Shown in pieces: positions 55,252 through 64,000 of a stretch of DNA of 64,000 nt (positions are counted from its first letter, which is position 1; the number at the start of each line of letters is the position of its first letter). The notes beneath the pieces were generated by a model. It had not been told where the DNA came from. It made no database searches and saw only the letters and a list, made by a program, of their open reading frames with translations. The position numbers and the translations under genes are program-made. Origin of the DNA: Nitrospirota bacterium (GTDB taxonomy: Bacteria; Nitrospirota; UBA9217); contig CAVUCU010000001.1 of the NCBI GenBank assembly GCA_963740085.1, forward strand, positions 832,001 through 896,000. Reading direction: 5' to 3'.

Positions 55252-55300
55252 ACCAGCAATGCACGCCTGCGCGGACCTGTGAACCGGGGTGCAGAAAAAA
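55252..55300 (+). repeat. Diverged core fragment of the ~300 bp repeat family
   Basis: gcaatgcacgcctgcgcggacctgtgaaccggggtgcagaaaaaa versus copy 2 gcaatcatgccctgcgcggagctgtgaactggggtgcagaaaaaa. Confidence 0.65.
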
Positions 55301-55425
55301 GAAAGGCATCGCGGACTTCCTTGTAAGATAAGTTTTGGTCCGGGTTGGGGTTTCGAGGATCTAACTGATTCAGGCTGGCGATTTGGGTAGCGAGGGATCT
55401 CTTGATGCGGCGGACCTGCAGATGA

Positions 55426-56061
55426 CTAAAAATTGTTTATCAACATTCTGGATATCTTTCGAGAGTCAACTCCCCGGTACTTTCCTGACTTCAACGCTTC
55501 GACCAGGGTCTCAGCGGTAACCGCGCCATCGAACTCGGTAAAGCACGAACCGACCTCCCACGGAATATGAGCATCCGAGCCGCCGGTATACGGCAGCTTC
55601 AGCCTTTCGGCCGCCGCAATAGCCTTCACATTAAACGCGTGCATATTGCATCCGTTGTATCCTTCGAGGGCGCAGATGCCCGGTACGTCTCGCGCCAGGT
55701 CGCCGATGCTGTTCACCGAGCGATAAGGGTGGGACGGGATCACCACACCGCCTGCCTGATTCACGGTCCGGATGACCTCTTCAACCGGGGCGTATTTGAT
55801 CGACAGCTTATCCGTATCCACACCGAATACGAGACAATGTCCCTCGGCCGCGGAAAACTCCACTCCCCGCAGGATCAGGATGCTGTCCTCAAACTTTTCC
55901 TTCAGGACCTCAACGAACTCCGATGACCCGTAATAATAGTGCTCTGTAAAAGCGATGCCGTGAAGGCCAATTTCAATGGCACGGAGGACCGCTTCCTCAG
56001 GGTCGGAATCGTTATCGCCGCTGAATTTCGTATGGACGTGTAAGTCGATTTTAAATTTCAT
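55426..56061 (-). CDS. PHP-domain metal-dependent phosphoesterase
   Basis: DLHVHT, FTEH, GVE, SHPYR and GGSDAH motifs. Confidence 0.92.
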   Translation of the reverse strand: MKFKIDLHVHTKFSGDNDSDPEEAVLRAIEIGLHGIAFTEHYYYGSSEFVEVLKEKFEDSILILRGVEFSAAEGHCLVFGVDTDKLSIKYAPVEEVIRTVNQAGGVVIPSHPYRSVNSIGDLARDVPGICALEGYNGCNMHAFNVKAIAAAERLKLPYTGGSDAHIPWEVGSCFTEFDGAVTAETLVEALKSGKYRGVDSRKISRMLINNF

Positions 56062-56171
56062 AAATACAAAAAAGCTTTCACCACGGAGCGCACAGGGGAC
56101 TAACCTGGCCTAAAGAACCTCATTGCATTATTAAGCTTTTGTCTCTGGGCTCTCTGTGGTTAAATAATTCT

Positions 56172-56846
56172 TCAGTTCGATTTGCAATTCCCCCCGCATG
56201 AACACGCGAATGATCCAGCCTTGGCCTTTTCAAAGGCCTCTTTCCCTTCCCGGAAGCAGAGGCCGCCGATGACCAGCGCACCGATCGAATCAAGCCCGCC
56301 GATATTCGTAAGCTGGTATCCTGCGCTTGCGATAAGCAACACCACGGACAGCTGCAGACATGCCCTCGTACAGGCAGCGTCTGCCAGTATGGCTTGCGAG
56401 TTCAGTTTTGTCCCGACCGAGACCTTGGCGCGAATGAGCGCCCACATGGAGACTATGGATATGAGCGAGATGACGATACCCCAAAAGGTGCTTTCCGGTT
56501 TGTGCCCGCGGTAGAGGTCAACCAGGGACGTCAGTGCCAGACCCGCGGTAAGAACGTAGAAAGCTGTCCCCGTGATCCTGAGCGCCCGCTGCTCGAACCG
56601 GTCGACGTTCTCCCCGCCGTTTCTCCGGACACGGCGGACCATGTGCCAGATCCCGATACCCGAGACGACCTCCACGAACGAATCGAGCCCGAATCCGAAG
56701 AGCGACATGCTCTCGTCTTCCATGCCGAAGAAAATCGAGACCGCCCCTTCAGCGATGTTGTAGAAGATCGTGATCAGCGCAAGCGCCGAGGCCCAGCCGT
56801 AGAGTTTATTTTTGTTCGACACAAGGCCGATGGATACCGTTTGCAC
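56172..56846 (-). CDS. Cation efflux (CDF-like) membrane protein lacking the cytoplasmic domain
   Basis: YNIAEG, GFGLDSFVE and ADA motifs; Cys-rich tail CSCGGNC. Confidence 0.85.
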   Translation of the reverse strand: MQTVSIGLVSNKNKLYGWASALALITIFYNIAEGAVSIFFGMEDESMSLFGFGLDSFVEVVSGIGIWHMVRRVRRNGGENVDRFEQRALRITGTAFYVLTAGLALTSLVDLYRGHKPESTFWGIVISLISIVSMWALIRAKVSVGTKLNSQAILADAACTRACLQLSVVLLIASAGYQLTNIGGLDSIGALVIGGLCFREGKEAFEKAKAGSFACSCGGNCKSN

Positions 56847-57071
56847 GGGCTATACTACCACTATTCGGTGAAGCGGCAAAGCAAAAATTGTTTCGATGAA
56901 ATTCCGGTGGTGACGATTGGGGTGGAAGCGAAACACTCGCATTCACAGCCTTGGTAATCAGTGTTTCCGTGCCTGATCTTTCCCCGGGAACAAAAATCCC
57001 CTTCCCCTTGTCTAATGGAATGAATCCCAAAAGAAAAGCAATAGGTAACCTCATCGGAAAGGAGAAAGACA

Positions 57072-57893
57072 ATGCGAAACACAGTTATCGCTGCAGCAGT
57101 ACTCACCGTCATCATGGCAGCGGGAGGGGCGCCCGCTCATTCCCTCGGGAGGGCAATTCGGCCTGGAGAGGTCAACATCGAGGTCGTATCTGACAGGGGG
57201 AACCTGTTTCAGGCAATACCACACCAGGACTTCTGGAAAAGCAACACCCGAATCATCAAGAGATATCTTGAGGCGAAGAAGGGCGAGAACTACGGGATCG
57301 TCATCACGAACAGCACGCCCGAACGGGTTGGCGTGGTCATCGGCGTGGACGGCAGGAACATTATCACCGGCAAACGTTCCGAACTCAGGAACAGCGAGGC
57401 CATGTACATCGTAAACGCCTATGAATCGGTGCGCTACGACGGGTGGCGGACCGGCAATGACCAGGTGCACCGCTTCTATTTCACCGACGAGGCAGATTCG
57501 TACAGCGTCAGGACCTTCGGCGACACATCGGCAATGGGTGTTATTGCGGTAGCAGTCTATCGGGAGAAACAGCGGCCGCAGCCGCTTCTGGAACAGAAAC
57601 GCGAAGGAGCGGCCGCCCCTGCCGCACCGTCATCAAAAAAAGCGCCCCAGAGCGCCGACCGGGCACTGGCCAGGGAAAGCGCAGGCACCGGATTCGGCGA
57701 CGCCCAATACTCTCCGGTCGTGACTGTGCAATTCGAGCCTGAACGTGATCCGGTCCAGAAAACGCTGATCAAGTATGAATGGCGAGAGGTTTTATGCAGG
57801 AAAGGAATTTTATCGTGCGGTAGAGAACTCGGGAACCGGCTCTGGGATGAGGACGGGTATGCACCCTATCCGCCAGGGTACCCGAGAAATTAG
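57072..57893 (+). CDS. Secreted conserved hypothetical protein
   Basis: Signal peptide and motif-like blocks VDGRNIITG, GWR...RFYF, MGVIAVAVYRE, AGTGFG. Confidence 0.75.
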   Translation: MRNTVIAAAVLTVIMAAGGAPAHSLGRAIRPGEVNIEVVSDRGNLFQAIPHQDFWKSNTRIIKRYLEAKKGENYGIVITNSTPERVGVVIGVDGRNIITGKRSELRNSEAMYIVNAYESVRYDGWRTGNDQVHRFYFTDEADSYSVRTFGDTSAMGVIAVAVYREKQRPQPLLEQKREGAAAPAAPSSKKAPQSADRALARESAGTGFGDAQYSPVVTVQFEPERDPVQKTLIKYEWREVLCRKGILSCGRELGNRLWDEDGYAPYPPGYPRN

Positions 57894-58202
57894 ATGAGTA
57901 TGTGATAGATGAAAAATTCGGGGGCAGATAGTGTACCGGTCCGTCTGCCCCCTATCTTCCCTCGGGTCTGTCAACCTCGATTTCAAGAAGAAAAGAATTG
58001 ACCCTCTAATCTGCTTTGGCAGGGCTTTCGATCTGTTTGAAATGATTGTGATACAATCCGTTGCTCCCTGCTGCCAGCGCTGCTCATTCGGGGATTATAG
58101 GTAATACTTTTGTCTTATTGACATAACCATATAGTTGCGCAATCATTTAACTATAGAGTAGATTTACAGCATAAACGATTTTCCTTGGAAAGGAGAATTA
58201 TC

Positions 58203-58755
58203 ATGGCAAAGCAAATAGGCAAAAAAATCAGACATGCAGGCAATGATGGAAATATACAAGAAGGTGGGAACCCCGGGCGAGCCTCATAAGCTGCTGGCGA
58301 AACTGGAGGGAAGCTGGACAACCAGGACCACGGGTTGGCTGGAAGGCAAGCCGGCAATGAAATCGACCGGCACGTGTGAGCAAAAGCTCGTCCTTGGCGG
58401 CCATTACCTGCAACAGGACTATACCGGCGATATGATGGGAGCGCCATTTACCGGCATAAACCTCCTGGGGTACAATAACCACACCAAGAAGTACGAGTCG
58501 GTCTGGCTCGATTCAATGAGCACGGCCATCTATTACTTCGTGGGCAAAGGAAGCGCGGATGGCAGGACCATTACGCAGGAATGCGACTACGTCGACCCGG
58601 TGAGAGGCCCGGCTGTCTGGCGGAGTGTGACCAGGGTCAAGGACGACAATACCCTGGAGTTCGAGATGTTCATCACGCCCAAGGGCGGCAAGAAAGAGAA
58701 GATGATGGAGATGACCATCGCGCGGAAGGAAGCAGTCGCTTTAAAGGCGGCGTGA
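58203..58755 (+). CDS. DUF1579 domain protein (A-run indel near the start)
   Basis: GTPGEPHKLL..LEGSW, GYNN..KKYESVWLDSM. The RBS-preceded ATG at 58203 is out of frame by 1 nt in an A-run. Confidence 0.85.
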
Positions 58756-59004
58756 GTCTGATCATCAGCCACGGAGAGACATGGACAGGTGAATGAATGT
58801 CAATCCGTGGCAAACATCTTAATTATGGTTGACAGATTCGTAAAAAGTACTTATGAGCCGCAAAAGTCACAAAATTCTCAAAATAAATCTTTGGCGTTTT
58901 AAGGCATCATCTATGTGTTCTTTGTGCTTTATGTGGCAAATTTTTGATTTATTACTAAACCATTTTTGTTAGGGCCGGTGAGATTGCTGAAGGGAGGAGT
59001 TCCG

Positions 59005-59427
59005 ATGAGAAAGACGTATCAGGTGCGGCATATCAGTGTTTCCATCGACCGGCCGCCTAATGAAGTCTATTCGTTCGCCTCAAATCCCGTGAACACTCCG
59101 AAATGGGCCACGGGTCTCGGCGGTTCAATAAAGAAGGTAAACAACGAATGGATCGCGGATGCCCCGATGGGCAAAGTGAAGATCAAATTCGCGGAAGAAA
59201 ACAAGTTCGGGGTCCTGGACCACGAAGTAGTCCTGGAATCGGGAGTAACGATCAACAACCCGATGAGGGTCATTGCCAACGGCAAGGGGAGCGAGATATC
59301 TTTTACGCTGATCCGTCAACCGGAAATGTCCGATGAAAAGTTTGCGCAGGATGCCCGGTGGGTGGAGAAGGACCTGAGAATACTGAAAGGGTTATTGGAG
59401 AAAGGTCCAGAGAACAAGTATCGGTAA
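59005..59427 (+). CDS. SRPBCC/polyketide cyclase-like protein
   Basis: ISVSIDRPPNEVY.F.SNP.N.PKWA, GVLDH.V and D...V.KDL..LK..LE motifs. Confidence 0.88.
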   Translation: MRKTYQVRHISVSIDRPPNEVYSFASNPVNTPKWATGLGGSIKKVNNEWIADAPMGKVKIKFAEENKFGVLDHEVVLESGVTINNPMRVIANGKGSEISFTLIRQPEMSDEKFAQDARWVEKDLRILKGLLEKGPENKYR

Positions 59428-59447
59428 AATACAATGCATCTCTTATT

Positions 59448-59743
59448 CTCTTTGCCTTTCCAGAAGCCCCTGCATCCCATGAACAGGTTCGCGCACAAGC
59501 ATGCCAGGGTAGAAAAGAACCGAAGTTGCCACAAAGCCAGGCAGACACACCGTGCTCTTGCGATAACGCGGGTGCAGGCGGCCAATCTAAGGGAAGTGTT
59601 GCGATGCTCGAAAGGCTTGTTATCAGTACCGGCAATCATGCCCTGCGCGGAGCTGTGAACTGGGGTGCAGAAAAAAATAGGATCGTGACCTGTGCTGAAT
59701 TAGAAACAGATAAAAACGACCCACACAAAACCCCGGAGACCCA
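59448..59743 (+). repeat. ~300 bp non-coding dispersed repeat, copy 2
   Basis: Collinear with the reverse complement of 5822-6116. Confidence 0.9.
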
Positions 59744-59829
59744 GAAAGCTTTTTCCCATATTTTCGGTCATGCGAACGAACTTGTTCATCGGCACGGCTT
59801 TCAGCGTCATGTCCATTTGCGCGTCCCCT

Positions 59830-61509
59830 TTATACGCGCGGCCCTCCAAGCCCGCCCTTCCCCATCTTCCGCACGACCTCCTGCGACCTGAGCTCACCGC
59901 GCTTGATCTTTCCGCTGACCGTTTTGGGCAGCTCTTTCATGAACTCTATCTCGCGGGGATACTTGTACGGCGCGGCCCGTCCCTTCACAAAGTCCTGTAT
60001 CTCGCGCGCGAGCTTTTCCGAAGCCGTATTCCCGGGCGCGAGCACGATAAAGGCCTTGATGATCTCTCCCCGAACAGGATCGGGGCTCGCAACCACCGCA
60101 TTCTCCGCAACGGCCGGATGCTCCTGGATAACGCTCTCGACCTCAAAGGGTCCGATGCGGTAACCTGAAGCCTTAATGATGTCGTCCCCCCTGCCGACGA
60201 AGGTGTAATAACCTTCCTCGTCCTTCATTGCCTTATCGCCGGTGTTGTACCAGCCGTGCTGAAATACCTTTGCGTTTTCCTCGGGGTCTTCAAGATAGCT
60301 CTCGAAAATACCGACAGGTTTCTTTGCGTTCATCTTGACAGAGATAAAACCAACTTCGCCGGCGGGGACCGGCCTGAAATCCTCATTCAGGATATCGATG
60401 TCCAGGTCGGGAACGGGCTTCCCCATTGATCCCGGCTTGACCGGGAGAAACGGATAATTCGCCACAAGGACCGTGCTCTCGGTCTGCCCGTAACCTTCGT
60501 GGATGGTCTTGCCCGTTGCCCCCTTCCAGACCTTGATCACCTCGGGATTGAGCGGTTCGCCGGCGGAGGTGAAATGCCTGATGCCTGAGTAGTTGTATGC
60601 AGAGAGGTCTTCGAGGACAAGCATGCGATAGACCGTGGGCGGTCCGCAGAAGGCAGTCACGCCCCTGGTGGTCAGCAGTTCGAGCGTAAGTCTGGCATTG
60701 AAACGACCCTCGGCGTTATGCACGAATAATCCCGCTCCGATGGTCCACTGTCCATAGAGCCCCCAGGCCGCCTTTGCCCAGCCCGTGTCGGATACGACCC
60801 AGATGAGGTCGGTATCCGTGAGACCGTGCCAGAGTCCTGCAGTGCGCAGGTGGCCGAGAGGATAAGAACAGACATGATGCACCATCTTGGGGTACCTCGT
60901 TGTGCCGGAGGTAAAATAGATGAGGAACGAATCATCTGCAGCGGTCTGTTCCACGTCAGTCCGCCTCAGCACCGGCGATGCGGCTTTCATCGCCCTCTCA
61001 AAGCCCTCCCACCCCGGGGCCTCGCCGTCCACCAGGAGCTTATGACGCAGAACGGGCGCGTCGATGCTGCGCATCGCCTCATCTACCTTGGCGCGGTTCA
61101 CCGTGTTGGTGATCACCACACTCGCACGGCCTTTCGCGATCCGGTATTCGATGTCCGAGGGCGAAAGCATGACCGGAGCGGGCATGATCACCGCGCCGAG
61201 CTTGTGGCAGGCGACGAGGATACAATACCATTCCGGCACCCTGCCAAGCATGATAAAGACCCGGTCTCCCTTCTTGACACCGATGCTCCTGAGCGCGTTC
61301 GCCGCCTGGTTCGAGAGACGAGAGATGTCACTGAATGTATACACGTTCATCACGCCGCCTGTGGCGTCGGTCCAGACCAGGGCGCGTTTCTTCTCATCCT
61401 CGGCATGCTTGTCGATCACGTCGAAGCCGAAGTTGAAATATTCAGGCACCGGTATCGCGAATGAGCGTCTTGCCGAATCGTAATCCTGAAAATCAAAACT
61501 AAATGTCAT
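59830..61509 (-). CDS. Medium-chain acyl-CoA synthetase (ACSM-like)
   Basis: YFTSGTT.YPKMV.H, SAGEPLNPE, YGQTE, GYRIGPFEVES and TVSGKI motifs. Confidence 0.93.
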   Translation of the reverse strand: MTFSFDFQDYDSARRSFAIPVPEYFNFGFDVIDKHAEDEKKRALVWTDATGGVMNVYTFSDISRLSNQAANALRSIGVKKGDRVFIMLGRVPEWYCILVACHKLGAVIMPAPVMLSPSDIEYRIAKGRASVVITNTVNRAKVDEAMRSIDAPVLRHKLLVDGEAPGWEGFERAMKAASPVLRRTDVEQTAADDSFLIYFTSGTTRYPKMVHHVCSYPLGHLRTAGLWHGLTDTDLIWVVSDTGWAKAAWGLYGQWTIGAGLFVHNAEGRFNARLTLELLTTRGVTAFCGPPTVYRMLVLEDLSAYNYSGIRHFTSAGEPLNPEVIKVWKGATGKTIHEGYGQTESTVLVANYPFLPVKPGSMGKPVPDLDIDILNEDFRPVPAGEVGFISVKMNAKKPVGIFESYLEDPEENAKVFQHGWYNTGDKAMKDEEGYYTFVGRGDDIIKASGYRIGPFEVESVIQEHPAVAENAVVASPDPVRGEIIKAFIVLAPGNTASEKLAREIQDFVKGRAAPYKYPREIEFMKELPKTVSGKIKRGELRSQEVVRKMGKGGLGGPRV

Positions 61510-61601
61510 CGTCTCACCTCGCGAGCGGAAAGAGTAACCTCAGACTCCGTTTCTTTTGGCTCACGTCGAAGTCTCACGGCAAGGTCCGGCTTCCGCACTT
61601 G

Positions 61602-62798
61602 TCAATCGATCAGTTTATTCGTTTCCCGCAACCGCTCCGCCATCTCCCGCACCATCTCAATGATGAATTCGGGATACTCGCTCATCAGCCTGTTGATATT
61701 CTCGTTGCTGATCGCGACCAGTTCCACTTCGTCGAGCGCCACGGCCGTGGCTACCCGAGGGGCCGACAGGAAATATGACATCTCGCCGAAACATTTCCCC
61801 TCGGTGATGACTGCCAGCTCCTTATCGCCCTTCATGATCGCCACCCTGCCTTTCAGCACGGAGTACATTTCCATTCCCATCTCCCCTTCCCTGAAGATGA
61901 CGCTTCCCTTTTCAAAATACTTGACGTATTTGCCGATGATGCGCAAGGGAACGTTCTTTCTCCCTTCCATCAGTTTCTTGATGAAGGCCGTTTCATCCCG
62001 TCCCAGGCTTGCGGCGATCTCGGCGCCGAGAAGAAACACGACGAAAGAACAATAGATCCAGATGATCACGACAAAGAGCGACTTGAAGGACCCGAAGGCG
62101 AAACCATAGCCCGGGTTGTACAGAAGAAAGAGGCTGAAGGCGGGCCGCATGGCGAACCAGAGAAGAGATGTCGCAATGGCGCCGATCACGAGGTGAATGA
62201 TACGATGCCGATGGGAAAACACAAGATAGAGCAGAAAGACGACAATGGTTATGAACAAGAAGGACGTTACTCCCTCGAGATAACCCAGGGCCAGGTGCAG
62301 ATCCCTCCTCTTCTCGACCAGGGAAAAGACAATGCCTGCCACTGCAATGGCGGTCAATCCGATAAGGGAGACGATGCCGATCGCGATGTCAAACAGGATT
62401 TCCAAAAGAAAGGGACGCGTGTTTTTCATCCGGAAGATGGTGCCCAGAGATATCCTCATTTCACTCACGAGCGGCGTCATGCTCCAAAGCAGCACCAGGA
62501 CATTCAGAAAGCCGATGGTGCCCCTGTGTGATGCGATGGACTTCACCTCACGCAGGATATCCTGGCTGTAGGCGGGGATGAGCTGATTAAGCAGTTCCTG
62601 CGTCCTGGTCAGTGCCTCACTTGAAGAACCGATCACGGTACCCAGCAGAAAGGTGAGCAAAAAGAGCGTAGGGATGAGCGCGAGGGCCGTTGAAAAGGCA
62701 AGGGAGGACGCCGCTGACAGGTCGTTGTTCTTCCGGAAGGAAAGAAAGGCCTCGGAGACAACGACCGTAACGTTTTTCCATGCATCCGATATCATCAT
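61602..62798 (-). CDS. YihY/BrkB-family membrane protein fused to a cNMP-binding domain
   Basis: AASSLAFS..LAL.P and GSF...VVIIWIY...FLLGAEI YihY motifs; C-terminal IFREGE...FGEMS....PRVATA. Confidence 0.88.
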   Translation of the reverse strand: MMISDAWKNVTVVVSEAFLSFRKNNDLSAASSLAFSTALALIPTLFLLTFLLGTVIGSSSEALTRTQELLNQLIPAYSQDILREVKSIASHRGTIGFLNVLVLLWSMTPLVSEMRISLGTIFRMKNTRPFLLEILFDIAIGIVSLIGLTAIAVAGIVFSLVEKRRDLHLALGYLEGVTSFLFITIVVFLLYLVFSHRHRIIHLVIGAIATSLLWFAMRPAFSLFLLYNPGYGFAFGSFKSLFVVIIWIYCSFVVFLLGAEIAASLGRDETAFIKKLMEGRKNVPLRIIGKYVKYFEKGSVIFREGEMGMEMYSVLKGRVAIMKGDKELAVITEGKCFGEMSYFLSAPRVATAVALDEVELVAISNENINRLMSEYPEFIIEMVREMAERLRETNKLID

Positions 62799-63035
62799 CT
62801 GGCGGGTCCTTGACAAAACGTTAACGGGGAAATGTGCCGACGCGGCACGAAGACGCTGGGCGCGCAATTGCGGGTCATTATAGATGGTTATCAGGGAAAT
62901 ATCAAGATGTGTTCGATCATCCGCGGGCATATGTTGGAGGAGGCAATCCAAGCCGGGCAGCGAGGCGCATCAGGAACGTTAAAAACGTCGGGGTTCTCTT
63001 GCCTGACAGGTCCTCCCGGCCCTTTCGTTCAGACA

Positions 63036-64000
63036 TCAACCGTTCAAGGTGAAATCGGAAAAAAACATCCAATAAACGGTGATGAGGAGAAAAAGAGAAT
63101 ACAGGAGGACCGAAACAAGAGCAAGCCTCGTCTGGACCGCCGGCACGATCTTTTCCAGGCTGTGTATTTTTCTGAACGGCATGATCGCCCCTACCGCCAT
63201 GCCCGCGAGTCCTCCACCAAGAAGGCTCAGATAAAGCGGATACCCGATATAATGGTACTCGCCCTGCAAAATGTCGAAGGGGCAACGATGCGTCGGCAGT
63301 TCGTAGATATACAGGGAGATGAACGAAATCAGCGAGGCGATCGACACAAAAAAGGTCGTCGTTGAAATAAGGGAGAAGAGATATCCGCCCCTTCCCCGGA
63401 AGGCGACCACGAGCCCTGATGCGATGCTGAGACCCATGCCGAGGAAGAACGCGATCTCCGTGGGAATGCGGGGCAGCGCGGCAAGCCCCGAGGCGAGGCC
63501 TTTCGTCTCCACGCTGAAGAGACTCCCGCAGCATGAGGTGATCACCTCGACATTGAGGCCCGCAACGAACTTGCCGAGCACGTACGTCTCAGCGATGCTG
63601 AGGGGCGCCAGCAGGACCAGGAAGAGGTACTTTTTCCTGATCAGGGGATAATCCGGCGCCTGGTTATCCACCGCGTTCACGATCAACCAGAGACCGAACA
63701 GAAGAAAGTTCGCAAGCTTCAGGCCAAGCGCGGGATACCCATAGGCGTTGACATTCAGAACCCCGGCGGCACACATGGCGCCGGTGAAGTAAATGTGGAT
63801 CCGGTCCACGACAAAAATGAACAGGAAGAACGAAATGAGTTGAAGAGCGACGGCATGGGAAAGAAAGGTGGACACAAGATACGTGCTGCGTTCAAGGCGG
63901 AGTTGCTGCGCGCTGCCGCTCTGAAGGTCCCACGATCTCAGAATGCGTACGCCGTAAAAAGCGGAGAGAACAACAATAAGGCATATGATGCCCGAGGCAA
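63036..64000 (-). CDS. Polytopic membrane protein with conserved Cys motifs (5' end outside window)
   Basis: Open frame to the window end (WDLQSGS.QQL.LER.TYL) with GAMCAAG, TSCCGSLF and YIYELPTHRCPF motifs. Confidence 0.8.
   Translation of the reverse strand, partial: ASGIICLIVVLSAFYGVRILRSWDLQSGSAQQLRLERSTYLVSTFLSHAVALQLISFFLFIFVVDRIHIYFTGAMCAAGVLNVNAYGYPALGLKLANFLLFGLWLIVNAVDNQAPDYPLIRKKYLFLVLLAPLSIAETYVLGKFVAGLNVEVITSCCGSLFSVETKGLASGLAALPRIPTEIAFFLGMGLSIASGLVVAFRGRGGYLFSLISTTTFFVSIASLISFISLYIYELPTHRCPFDILQGEYHYIGYPLYLSLLGGGLAGMAVGAIMPFRKIHSLEKIVPAVQTRLALVSVLLYSLFLLITVYWMFFSDFTLNG

Overview
A 64 kb stretch of a GC-rich bacterial chromosome. A Nitrospirota/Desulfobacterota-like origin is inferred from gene content and repeat style and is not verified. 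It is mostly housekeeping: uvrB, mpg, secA, dksA-like, tRNA-Met, tilS-hpt-ftsH-folP-cdaA-cdaR-glmM, comEC, an RND efflux operon, a Pit transporter and acyl-CoA synthetases. Several single-base frameshifts, including one in essential secA, look like long-read or assembly indels. Features the ORF track misses: (1) an integrase-less integron-type cassette array (attI-like site plus 2 attC) carrying a HEPN-motif gene, between mpg and secA; (2) a UGA-readthrough thioredoxin-like selenoprotein with a SECIS-like hairpin; (3) a ~300 bp non-coding dispersed repeat family with two close copies that differ by a 24-25 nt block, plus diverged fragments, one of them back-to-back; (4) an IS1202/ISNCY element with a 16 bp target duplication; (5) MITEs and many 9-mer and 7-mer palindromic intergenic elements; (6) a c-di-GMP-I (GEMM) riboswitch ahead of a GYD-domain gene; (7) an unannotated 57 aa Cys-rich gene with its own promoter and terminator. 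No CRISPR array or rRNA was seen.
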